Source: Helicobacteraceae bacterium CG2_30_36_10
Lineage (GTDB): Bacteria; Campylobacterota; Campylobacteria; Campylobacterales; Sulfurimonadaceae
Length of the DNA stretch: 49,568 bases
Direction of reading: 5' to 3'
NCBI GenBank assembly: GCA_001873135.1
Contig: MNYP01000147.1
Span: forward strand, 1 to 49,568
Both the position numbers and the translations under genes were made by a program. Shown piece by piece: positions 1 through 16,328 of the stretch. How positions within the stretch are numbered: position 1 is the first letter of the stretch; each line of letters opens with the position of its first letter. The notes beneath the pieces are model-generated. The model saw only the letters and a list, made by a program, of their open reading frames with translations. It searched no databases and was not told where the DNA came from.

Positions 1-34
1 ATCTTGGCATGTGGAAATTTCCACATGCCAAGAT
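1..34. terminator. Perfect 34-bp palindrome built from two inverted copies of the TTGGCATGTGGAAAT motif; probable rpoC terminator hairpin
   Basis: ATCTTGGCATGTGGAAATTTCCACATGCCAAGAT lies 15 nt past the rpoC stop; it may extend beyond the window edge, so no U-tract is visible. Confidence 0.75.
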
Positions 35-49
35 GAAAAGAGTTAAAGA

Positions 50-8711
<8,662 letters not shown>

Positions 8712-8737
8712 CTACCTCGATAAGTTGTTTGTTAGGG

Positions 8738-8861
8738 CTTAATCTTATTGCGATTAAGAGTATCATATCTAGACGTCTCTAGATAGGTTTATAATATAGT
8801 GCTTATAAACGACATAAGGGCACTTTTACGGCGTGACCAGAATCACATCGTAAAAGCGCCC
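8738..8861 (-). promoter_or_regulatory. Structured rpoB 5' leader with four consecutive hairpins
   Basis: Inverted repeats at 8738-8758, 8766-8785, 8787-8810 and 8818-8861; the last pairs better on the minus strand through G-U pairs. Confidence 0.5.
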
Positions 8862-8869
8862 AGAAAATC

Positions 8870-8908
8870 AAGTATTACATAGAAAAAATATTTTTCTATG
8901 TAATACTT
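8870..8908 (-). terminator. 18-bp stem hairpin after rplL (terminator or attenuator)
   Basis: AAGTATTACATAGAAAAA-ATA-TTTTTCTATGTAATACTT, 11 nt past the rplL stop. Confidence 0.65.
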
Positions 8909-8919
8909 AAGTGTAGAAA

Positions 8920-9291
8920 TTACTTAATTTCTACAGTTGCACCAGCTTCTTCAAGCTCTTTTTTTGCTGCTTCAGCAGTCTCTTTATCAACACCATCTTT
9001 GATTGTTGAAGGTAATGCTTCAGTTGCATCTTTCGCTTCTTTTAGACCAAGTCCAGTAAGTGCACGAACAGCTTTGATAACAGCGATTTTCTTAGCACCG
9101 GCATCAGTTAAAATAACATTGAACTCAGTTTGTTCAACAGCAGCTTCGCCACCGGCAACAGCGCCACCAGCAACAGCTATAGGCTGAGCAGATACACCAA
9201 ATTTTTCTTCAAACTCTTTTACTAATACAGAAAGTTCTAATACAGAAAGTCCTGAGATAAATTCTAATACGTCTTCTTTAGTTACAGCCAT
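8920..9291 (-). CDS. rplL: 50S ribosomal protein L7/L12
   Basis: [29 protein letters not shown]; gene context. Confidence 0.99.
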   Translation of the reverse strand: MAVTKEDVLEFISGLSVLELSVLVKEFEEKFGVSAQPIAVAGGAVAGGEAAVEQTEFNVILTDAGAKKIAVIKAVRALTGLGLKEAKDATEALPSTIKDGVDKETAEAAKKELEEAGATVEIK

Positions 9292-9354
9292 TTCTAGCTC
9301 CTTTTATATCATTTTATTTTTTGTTAAATTATTCACTCTCACAAGAAGAAAAAA

Positions 9355-9837
9355 CTAAGCTTCTTCTTCTCGTTTTATTCTTAAAGCATCGATTCCAACA
9401 GCCATACAAGTGATTGGAGCCATCCAAGTAGCAGCAAGCATGCCAAGAAGTTCTTCACGATTTGGAAGTTTTGCGAAGGCTTCAATTTTAGCTATGTCTG
9501 CAGGTTCTTTATCTAAGTAACCGGCTTTAAGTACAAATTTTTCATTCGTTTTTGCAAAATCAGTAGCTATTTTAGCAGCACTAATAACATCATCAGACCA
9601 AATAAAAATATTTGTATCTTTAATCTCAACACCACTCATACCAGCATTATTCAATGCGATAGCTGCTAATGTATTTTTTACAACCTGAACACTTGTGTCC
9701 TTTGCTTTAGCAGATTGACGTAACTCTTCAAGTTTACTTACTGTCAAACCTTTGTAGTCACATATTACAACTGCAGTTGTATTAGCAAATGAAGTAGTTA
9801 ATAGATTAATTACTTCAGCTTTTTTAGATTTAAGCAT
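9355..9837 (-). CDS. rplJ: 50S ribosomal protein L10
   Basis: DYKGLTV, VVKNTL and LPNREELL motifs; start at MLKSKK with AAGGAG upstream. Confidence 0.97.
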   Translation of the reverse strand: MLKSKKAEVINLLTTSFANTTAVVICDYKGLTVSKLEELRQSAKAKDTSVQVVKNTLAAIALNNAGMSGVEIKDTNIFIWSDDVISAAKIATDFAKTNEKFVLKAGYLDKEPADIAKIEAFAKLPNREELLGMLAATWMAPITCMAVGIDALRIKREEEA

Positions 9838-9850
9838 ATCTTTCTCCTTT

Positions 9851-9931
9851 CTAGACATAACTTCAAGCGGGGAGGGAAAGTCCAATTAAGCTAACTGCCA
9901 ACTCGGCAGATACCCCTACTATCTTTAGTCC
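9851..9931 (-). ncRNA. L10 leader (autoregulatory RNA upstream of rplJ)
   Basis: Minus strand reads GACTAAAGATAGTAGGGG...CTTAATT...CCCCGCTTGAAGT, resembling the AAGAC-GTAGG...TTAA...CC pattern of L10 leaders at the expected position; boundaries approximate. Confidence 0.7.
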
Positions 9932-9963
9932 AAATAATTCAGATTTTTATTTTAGTAAAAATC

Positions 9964-9995
9964 TTTACTTTAATATAGTTCTATATTAAAGTAAA
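9964..9995. terminator. AT-rich inverted repeat between rplA and the L10 leader
   Basis: TTTACTTTAATATAG-TT-CTATATTAAAGTAAA; a second imperfect hairpin lies at about 10010-10035. Confidence 0.5.
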
Positions 9996-10041
9996 AATTT
10001 CAATACATTAATTCACCAAGAAATCTTGATGAATTTAAAAA

Positions 10042-10734
10042 TTATTTAATGTCCATTAATGCCATAACATCAAGTTTAACACCGGGACTCATCGTAAGTG
10101 AAAGTGCAGCATTTTTAATGTAGCGACCTTTAGCAGATGCTGGTTTTTGCTTGTTTATAGCAGCCACAAAAGAGTTTAAATTTTCAACAATTTTGTCTGT
10201 ATCAAAACTAACTTTACCTATTCCAGCATGAATGTTACCTTTTTTATCAACACGGAAAGTTACTTGTCCACCTTTGACATTTTTAACAGCAGTAGCAACA
10301 TCTGGAGTAACTGTACCAGTTTTAGGGTTAGGCATTAAACCTTTTGGCCCTAGAATACGACCAATTTGACCAACAAGTCCCATACAGTCTGGTGCAGCAA
10401 CAACTACATCAAAGTTGAAGATTCCATCTTTAATTTGTTGTACTAAATCATCAGTTCCAACAATATCAGCACCGGCAGCTTTAGCTTCATCAGCTTTTAC
10501 ACCTTTAGCAAATACTGCAACACGAACTGTTTTACCTGTACCATGTGGTAAAATTACTGCACCACGAACCATTTGGTCTGCATGTCTTGGATCAACATTC
10601 AAATTCATTGCAATTTCAACTGTTTCATCAAATTTTGCGCTTTTTAAATCTTTAATAGTAGCAGTTGCCTCTTGAACATTATATGCTTTTGCATTATCAA
10701 ATTTTTCTATTAATTGTTTGTACCTTTTACTCAT
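10042..10734 (-). CDS. rplA: 50S ribosomal protein L1
   Basis: [31 protein letters not shown]; ATG at 10734 fits the AGGAG spacing. Confidence 0.99.
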   Translation of the reverse strand: MSKRYKQLIEKFDNAKAYNVQEATATIKDLKSAKFDETVEIAMNLNVDPRHADQMVRGAVILPHGTGKTVRVAVFAKGVKADEAKAAGADIVGTDDLVQQIKDGIFNFDVVVAAPDCMGLVGQIGRILGPKGLMPNPKTGTVTPDVATAVKNVKGGQVTFRVDKKGNIHAGIGKVSFDTDKIVENLNSFVAAINKQKPASAKGRYIKNAALSLTMSPGVKLDVMALMDIK

Positions 10735-10803
10735 TTTCAAATCTCCTATAAATTCTGCCGCACAATTTTAAATCACTGTGGTCTGTGATTATATTTTAAA
10801 ATA

Positions 10804-11229
10804 CTAGTCTACTATCTCTATGCCAATTGAACGAGCTGAGCCAGATATAGTATTAGCAGCCATTTCAATATTGTCTGTGTTTAAATCTTGCATTTTTTGA
10901 GTAACTATTTCCATTAATTGAGCACGAGTGATTTTTCCAACTTTATTTTTAAGAGGATTGTCAGTACCTTTTTTCAGTCCGGCTGCTTTCATTAAAAGAG
11001 CAGATGCTGGTGGTTGTTTTGTTATAAAAGAAAAACTTTTGTCACTGTAAACTGTGATTATTACAGGAACTTTAAATCCCATATGAGTTTTTGTTTTTTC
11101 ATTGAACGCCTTACAGAATTCCATGATGTTAACACCACGTTGTCCTAGTGCTGGTCCAACTGGTGGAGCTGGGTTAGCAGCACCAGCTTGTATTTGTAGC
11201 TTAATATAGCTTGCAACTTTTTTTGCCAT
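10804..11229 (-). CDS. rplK: 50S ribosomal protein L11
   Basis: [26 protein letters not shown]; start at MAKKVA. Confidence 0.99.
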   Translation of the reverse strand: MAKKVASYIKLQIQAGAANPAPPVGPALGQRGVNIMEFCKAFNEKTKTHMGFKVPVIITVYSDKSFSFITKQPPASALLMKAAGLKKGTDNPLKNKVGKITRAQLMEIVTQKMQDLNTDNIEMAANTISGSARSIGIEIVD

Positions 11230-11377
11230 TATATTTCCTTTTTTTATTAATAATACATAATCCGAGCACGCCTGAATTATTACGCTAACGCTAAATTTTA
11301 CAACTATAAACATGTGGTATCTGCCACATGTTTTCATCAAAAAACTCACGCAACTTGTCGCTTAATAGTATAGCTAG

Positions 11378-11424
11378 GCTACGCTAACATTAAAATTCTA
11401 TTTGAAATCTAAGGTTAGCGTAGC
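11378..11424 (-). terminator. Hairpin after nusG
   Basis: GCTACGCTAAC...GTTAGCGTAGC 11-bp inverted repeat just past the nusG stop. Confidence 0.55.
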
Positions 11425-11432
11425 GTTAATTA

Positions 11433-11960
11433 CTAAATTATTTTTTCTACTTGTGTATATGAAATATCCACAGGTGTTGCTCTACCAAAGATTGATACAT
11501 TGAGTTTTAGTGTCCCGTGTTCTAGGTCATATTCATCAACCGTTGCAGTAAAGTTTGCAAATGGTCCATCTACAATGCGAACAGTTTCGCCACTATCAAA
11601 AAACACTTTTGGCTTAGGTGCTGCACGATTATTGACACGATCTAAAATTACGTTTATATCATGCTCGCTCAGCGGAGTAGGCGTATTTGCCTCACCTATA
11701 AACCCGGAAACTTTTGGTAATGATTGAATCAAATGCTGTATTTCAGTATTTAATTCTAATTTGGCAAACACATACCCTGAATAAAGAGATCTTTCAGTAA
11801 TCTTTTTTTTGCCATCTTTTACTTCTATAACGTCTTCTGTAGGGACTATTACTTCTTCAATAAAATCTTGTAAGCCCATCTCTTCTATCATATTTAAAAT
11901 AGCTAAACGAACAACTCTTTCATTTCCGTAGGTCTGAATGGAGTACCATTGATGTGCCAT
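11433..11960 (-). CDS. nusG: Transcription termination/antitermination factor NusG
   Basis: NGN domain (LYSGYVF) plus KOW motif (GETVRIVDGPFANF) and VSIFGRATPV. Confidence 0.99.
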   Translation of the reverse strand: MAHQWYSIQTYGNERVVRLAILNMIEEMGLQDFIEEVIVPTEDVIEVKDGKKKITERSLYSGYVFAKLELNTEIQHLIQSLPKVSGFIGEANTPTPLSEHDINVILDRVNNRAAPKPKVFFDSGETVRIVDGPFANFTATVDEYDLEHGTLKLNVSIFGRATPVDISYTQVEKII

Positions 11961-11969
11961 ATAAACTCC

Positions 11970-12149
11970 TTAACCTAAAATTGCTGACATAACAGATGAC
12001 ATGAGCAAATCAATTAAAGCCAAAAATGCAGCAATTACAGCAACAACAATCACAACTGATATATAAGCTTGTTTAACCTGACCCTTAGTCGGAAAGATAA
12101 CCTTAGTTAATTCTATTTTTGCATTTCTAATATGTGTATTCAAATTCAT
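11970..12149 (-). CDS. secE: Preprotein translocase subunit SecE (59 aa, absent from the ORF track)
   Basis: Hand translation MNLNTHIRNAKIELTKVIFPTKGQVKQAYISVVIVVAVIAAFLALIDLLMSSVMSAILG; ELxKVxFP motif plus one TM helix; lies between tRNA-Trp and nusG. Confidence 0.96.
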   Translation of the reverse strand: MNLNTHIRNAKIELTKVIFPTKGQVKQAYISVVIVVAVIAAFLALIDLLMSSVMSAILG

Positions 12150-12168
12150 TATTTCTTTCCCAAAACTG

Positions 12169-12212
12169 CATTAATTATAAATAAAGCTCTTTAGCTTTAT
12201 TTATAATTAATG
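12169..12212. other. 20-bp perfect stem-loop abutting the tRNA-Trp 3' end
   Basis: CATTAATTATAAATAAAGCT-CTTT-AGCTTTATTTATAATTAATG. Confidence 0.7.
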
Positions 12213-12288
12213 TGGCAGGCGTAGAGAGACTCGAACTCCCAGCACCCGGATTTGGAATCCGGTGCTCTACCATTGGAGCTATACGCCT
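12213..12288 (-). tRNA. tRNA-Trp (CCA)
   Basis: 76-nt cloverleaf, anticodon loop TTCCAAA, GTTCGA T-loop, encoded CCA end. Confidence 0.97.
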
Positions 12289-12323
12289 AAAAAAACCAAC
12301 CCAAAGGTTAGTTTAAAATTATA

Positions 12324-12476
12324 TTATAATTTCATCTCTTTGTGAACAGTATGCTCACGACAAAATTTACAATATTTACTTACTGAAAATTTTTCAGTAT
12401 GAGTTTTTTTGTTTTTAGTAGTGTGATAGTTACGACGAGTACACTTCTCACATCCTAAATGTATTGTTTCTCTCAT
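12324..12476 (-). CDS. rpmG: 50S ribosomal protein L33, Zn-binding form (50 aa, absent from the ORF track)
   Basis: Hand translation MRETIHLGCEKCTRRNYHTTKNKKTHTEKFSVSKYCKFCREHTVHKEMKL with two CxxC motifs. Confidence 0.97.
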   Translation of the reverse strand: MRETIHLGCEKCTRRNYHTTKNKKTHTEKFSVSKYCKFCREHTVHKEMKL

Positions 12477-12503
12477 GTCAATTTACCTTTTATAGAGTTA
12501 ATG

Positions 12504-12525
12504 ATAATTCGCAAAAGCGAATTAT
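12504..12525 (-). terminator. Hairpin overlapping the tuf stop codon
   Basis: ATAATTCGC-AAAA-GCGAATTAT. Confidence 0.5.
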
Positions 12526-13721
12526 GCAAGAATCTCAGCTACAACACCGGCACCAACAGTTCTTCCACCCTCACGGATTGCGAACTTAGTACCTTTTTCC
12601 ATAGCGATTGGATGAATTAATTCTACAGTAATACTTACATTATCACCTGGCATAACCATCTCAACACCTTCTGGTAAAATAATTGCACCTGTAACATCTG
12701 TTGTACGTACATAGAATTGTGGACGATAGTTTGTAAAGAATGGAGTATGACGTCCACCCTCATCTTTACTTAATACATAAATCTCAGCAGTAAACTTTGT
12801 ATGAGGAGTAATAGTACCCGGCTTACAAAGTACTTGACCACGTTCAACATCATCTTTACCGATACCACGAACTAGGACACCACAGTTGTCGCCAGCAAGA
12901 CCAACTGTCATCTCTTTATGGAACATCTCAATACCTGTTACAGTAGTTTCTTGAGTATCTCTAATACCAACAATCTGAATTTTATCAGCAATCTTAACAG
13001 TTCCACGCTCAATACGACCTGTTACGACTGTTCCGCGACCACCAATTGAGAAAACATCTTCAACAGGCATTAGAAAATCTTTATCAGTTTCACGAACTGG
13101 TTCAGGAATAAACTCATCTACTGTAGCCATTAGCTTTTGAACCTTAGCAGACCATGGCCCAAGAGTACCAGTTTTTGCTTCAGCAAGAGCCAAAGTTGCA
13201 GAACCAGTAGTAATTGGAGTATCATCACCTGGAAAATCATACATATCCAAAAGTTCACGAATTTCCATCTCAACTAATTCAAGAAGTTCTTCATCGTCAA
13301 CCATATCTTCTTTGTTCATAAAAACAACTAGCGCAGGAACACCAATTTGCTTAGATAGAAGAATATGCTCACGAGTTTGTGGCATTGGGCCATCAGCTGC
13401 AGAAACAACTAAAATAGCACCGTCCATTTGAGCAGCACCAGTAATCATGTTTTTAACATAATCCGCGTGACCTGGGCAGTCTACGTGTGCATAGTGACGA
13501 GCGTCTGTTTCGTACTCAACATGTGAAGTAGCGATAGTAATACCACGCTCTCTTTCTTCAGGAGCATTATCGATTGCATCGTAATCCATAAGCTCTGCGC
13601 CGTTAGTTACCGCCAGTACTGCAGTAATAGCTGCTGTTAGTGTTGTTTTACCGTGGTCAACGTGTCCAATAGTTCCGATGTTAACATGTGGTTTATTACG
13701 AACAAATTTTTCTTTTGCCAT
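12522..13721 (-). CDS. tuf: Elongation factor Tu
   Basis: [17 protein letters not shown] motifs; 399 aa. Confidence 0.99.
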   Translation of the reverse strand: MAKEKFVRNKPHVNIGTIGHVDHGKTTLTAAITAVLAVTNGAELMDYDAIDNAPEERERGITIATSHVEYETDARHYAHVDCPGHADYVKNMITGAAQMDGAILVVSAADGPMPQTREHILLSKQIGVPALVVFMNKEDMVDDEELLELVEMEIRELLDMYDFPGDDTPITTGSATLALAEAKTGTLGPWSAKVQKLMATVDEFIPEPVRETDKDFLMPVEDVFSIGGRGTVVTGRIERGTVKIADKIQIVGIRDTQETTVTGIEMFHKEMTVGLAGDNCGVLVRGIGKDDVERGQVLCKPGTITPHTKFTAEIYVLSKDEGGRHTPFFTNYRPQFYVRTTDVTGAIILPEGVEMVMPGDNVSITVELIHPIAMEKGTKFAIREGGRTVGAGVVAEILA

Positions 13722-13821
13722 AGTGTCCTCCGACTTTATTTATGAATTGAAACGGGATTGTACCCAAAAATCATTCAATTATTGCTTAATCATACGAAAT
13801 AAATTAAATATATATACTTAA

Positions 13822-13896
<75 letters not shown>

Positions 13897-14036
13897 ATAC
13901 AGATGTATATATGACAAACAATAATTGAATAATTCTTTTTCTTAATATTAGTAATTGGTGTATAGATAGCTATATAAAATAATATATAGTAGTTTGAAGT
14001 AGGTAGAAATTGTACTTCAGCTTCCAAAATACTCAA

Positions 14037-14113
14037 TGGAGCGGGTGAAGGGACTCGAACCCTCGACCCTCAGCTTGGAAGGCTGACGCTCTAGCCAACT
14101 GAGCTACGCCCGC
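14037..14113 (-). tRNA. tRNA-Gly (TCC)
   Basis: 77-nt cloverleaf, anticodon loop TTCCAAG region, CCA end. Confidence 0.96.
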
Positions 14114-14127
14114 ATGTGCCATTGAAG

Positions 14128-14212
14128 TGGTGGTGAGAAGAGGAGTCGAACCTCTGAACCCGTAGGGAGCGGATTTACAGTCCGCCGTCGTTGGCCACTT
14201 GACTATCTCACC
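14128..14212 (-). tRNA. tRNA-Tyr (GTA)
   Basis: 85 nt with a long variable arm, anticodon loop CTGTAAA, CCA end. Confidence 0.96.
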
Positions 14213-14257
14213 ATCTTATTATTTGGTCTAACACTGTTTCTAATATTCAAATTTCAA

Positions 14258-14334
14258 TGGTGCCGACACGAGGATTTGAACCCCGGGCCTGCTGATTACA
14301 AATCAGCTGCTCTAGCCAACTGAGCTATGTCGGC
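14258..14334 (-). tRNA. tRNA-Thr (TGT)
   Basis: 77-nt cloverleaf, anticodon TGT, CCA end. Confidence 0.96.
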
Positions 14335-14351
14335 ATCGAAATTGAGCCAGA

Positions 14352-14380
14352 ATTATAGTCGATTATATTTTCAATGTCAA
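14352..14380 (-). promoter_or_regulatory. Consensus sigma70 promoter of the tRNA operon
   Basis: Minus strand TTGACA (14380-14375), 17-nt spacer, TATAAT (14357-14352), just upstream of tRNA-Thr. Confidence 0.9.
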
Positions 14381-14389
14381 GTCTATTTT

Positions 14390-16312
14390 CTAGAAATTTA
14401 TAATTTCTCCATCTTTAAGAATTTTTGGCTTCCATTTGCGACAATATTGCTCTATTTCTTTAGTTATATTTTCTAAGAACATTGGCTTTATATGATTTAT
14501 ATAGAGGTTTACATCATCTCTTTGTAAACCTTCAAGCATATTTGCAAGCAATTTTGATGTTAGATGTTTACTCTCTTTTGCAAGCAGTTCCATATGTGAT
14601 GGGAAGGAACACTCTAATACAATAGATTTTATTGCCTTGTCATTATTGACTATATTGAGTGCATTCTCTAAAGAGTATGTGTCAGCAGTTATTAAAACAG
14701 CAGAATTTTCTTTTTTATAGACATATCCGCAGCTTGGAACTGTATGATCAGTTTTAAATGCTCTGATTGATTCATTCTCAGATAATGTATACTCCTTGCC
14801 CAGTTCTATTTCTACGTAATTAACACACATACCGCTTTTGTTAGAAAGTGGTATTTTAGAGAAATCTGGCCAAATTAAATCATTTAAAAAGTGTTTTTGT
14901 ATAGCGTGCAGAGTTACAGGCAAACCGCATATATTTATTGTTTTTTCTATGGAGGTATAATAGTTGTCTATTATGTATGCAATATCAGATATATGGTCTA
15001 AATGAGAGTGTGTTATCCATATGTTTTGTATTTTAGCCGACTCCTCTTCTAGTGCTACTAAAAGATTGCCTGCATCTATTACATTTTCTTTATTGAGATA
15101 AAAAGAGCTTGTGCCAAACCCTTTAGCTTTTGTTCCATAAGCTCCCAAAACTGTAATTTTATTACTCTTATCTTCTTCTTTATCTTCAGCTTCTATATAT
15201 TTATCTTTAAAAGTCTCTCTGATTTCATACAATTTATCTATATTTTCAAAAAACATATCTACTAATGTAGGGTCAAAGTGTCCTCCTCTCTCATCGTGAA
15301 AAAGTTTTAGTATTCTTTCATCATCCCATGCTTTTTTATAAACTCTATCGCTTCCTAAAGCATCAAAAACATCTGCAATCGCAGTTATTCTCCCATATAT
15401 GTGAATATCTTCACCACTCTTCCCTTGAGGATATCCCTTTCCATTGTATTTTTCATGATGTTCATAAGCTACAATAGAAGCTGCTTTTAAAAGTGGTCTT
15501 TGAGAATTCTTTGTCATGGCGTAGCCTAACTCAGCATGCGTATCCATTATTTTTCTCTCTTGATTATTAAATCTGCCTGGCTTGTTTAAAATGGCATCAG
15601 GAATTGCAACTTTTCCTATATCATGCATCGGACTCGCTTGCTTTAAGAGCTCAACTTGTTCTGGAGGTAAGCCGTAAGCGGTTGCAAGTATTTTTGAGTA
15701 CTCGGCAACCCTTTTAACATGGTTGCCAGTCTCTTTACTTCTACTCTCACCGATGGCACCCATAGTAAAAACCACTTCTCTTTGAGTATCTTCAATCTCT
15801 TGAGTTAATTTAGCTGAGACAAGTGTTTCTGCAGCATATGTGCTAGCTAACATTAGCCTTTGCATATCGTTACTGTCAAGCACCCCCTTGTCACCTTTAT
15901 TGTTTATAACTTGAAATGCACCAATTATTTCATCATCATTGTTAAACATTGGAATAACCATCATACTTTTTGTTGTATAACCAGTTATTTTGTCCACATC
16001 AGAGTTAAATCTATCATCTTTATATACATCATCAATCATTATTTTTTGGGCGTTTGTAATAGCCGATCCAACAATTCCAGAATTAATAGGAAGCTCTATA
16101 GGTTCCATTCCATGAGCAACTTTAGTCCAAATTGTCTTCTTATCATTACTCACAACCCACACTGTACATCTATCAGCACTGGTAAGTGCTCGACCCATAT
16201 CAGCAAGCACCATAATGATATCGTCATGTTTTTTAAGTGATGAAACCTCAGTTAAATATATAAATATCAACTCTAATATTTCAGTTGCGTCTAAGTTTCT
16301 GGCATGTTTCAT
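14390..16312 (-). CDS. GAF + HD-GYP phosphodiesterase fused to a C-terminal metallo-beta-lactamase (class II cNMP phosphodiesterase-like) domain
   Basis: GAF-like N-terminus (ADRCTVW...DDVYKDDRF...TKSMMVIPM); HDIGK, HHEKYNGKGYP, ADVFDAL; C-terminal THSHLDH, HTVPSCGY, ECSFP, HIKP. Confidence 0.88.
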   Translation of the reverse strand: MKHARNLDATEILELIFIYLTEVSSLKKHDDIIMVLADMGRALTSADRCTVWVVSNDKKTIWTKVAHGMEPIELPINSGIVGSAITNAQKIMIDDVYKDDRFNSDVDKITGYTTKSMMVIPMFNNDDEIIGAFQVINNKGDKGVLDSNDMQRLMLASTYAAETLVSAKLTQEIEDTQREVVFTMGAIGESRSKETGNHVKRVAEYSKILATAYGLPPEQVELLKQASPMHDIGKVAIPDAILNKPGRFNNQERKIMDTHAELGYAMTKNSQRPLLKAASIVAYEHHEKYNGKGYPQGKSGEDIHIYGRITAIADVFDALGSDRVYKKAWDDERILKLFHDERGGHFDPTLVDMFFENIDKLYEIRETFKDKYIEAEDKEEDKSNKITVLGAYGTKAKGFGTSSFYLNKENVIDAGNLLVALEEESAKIQNIWITHSHLDHISDIAYIIDNYYTSIEKTINICGLPVTLHAIQKHFLNDLIWPDFSKIPLSNKSGMCVNYVEIELGKEYTLSENESIRAFKTDHTVPSCGYVYKKENSAVLITADTYSLENALNIVNNDKAIKSIVLECSFPSHMELLAKESKHLTSKLLANMLEGLQRDDVNLYINHIKPMFLENITKEIEQYCRKWKPKILKDGEIINF

Positions 16313-16328
16313 TTTTCTAATTTCCTCT

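Noticed and set aside
10745-10800. Possible L1-binding hairpin between rplK and rplA
   Set aside because: An imperfect stem is present, but I cannot match the L1 internal-loop consensus with confidence.
9838-11349. N-terminal extensions of rplJ and rplK in the ORF track (also rpoC, yaaA, norB, cytochrome c, ferredoxin)
   Set aside because: Downstream ATGs match the family N-termini and mostly have proper SD sequences; the extensions are leader sequence.
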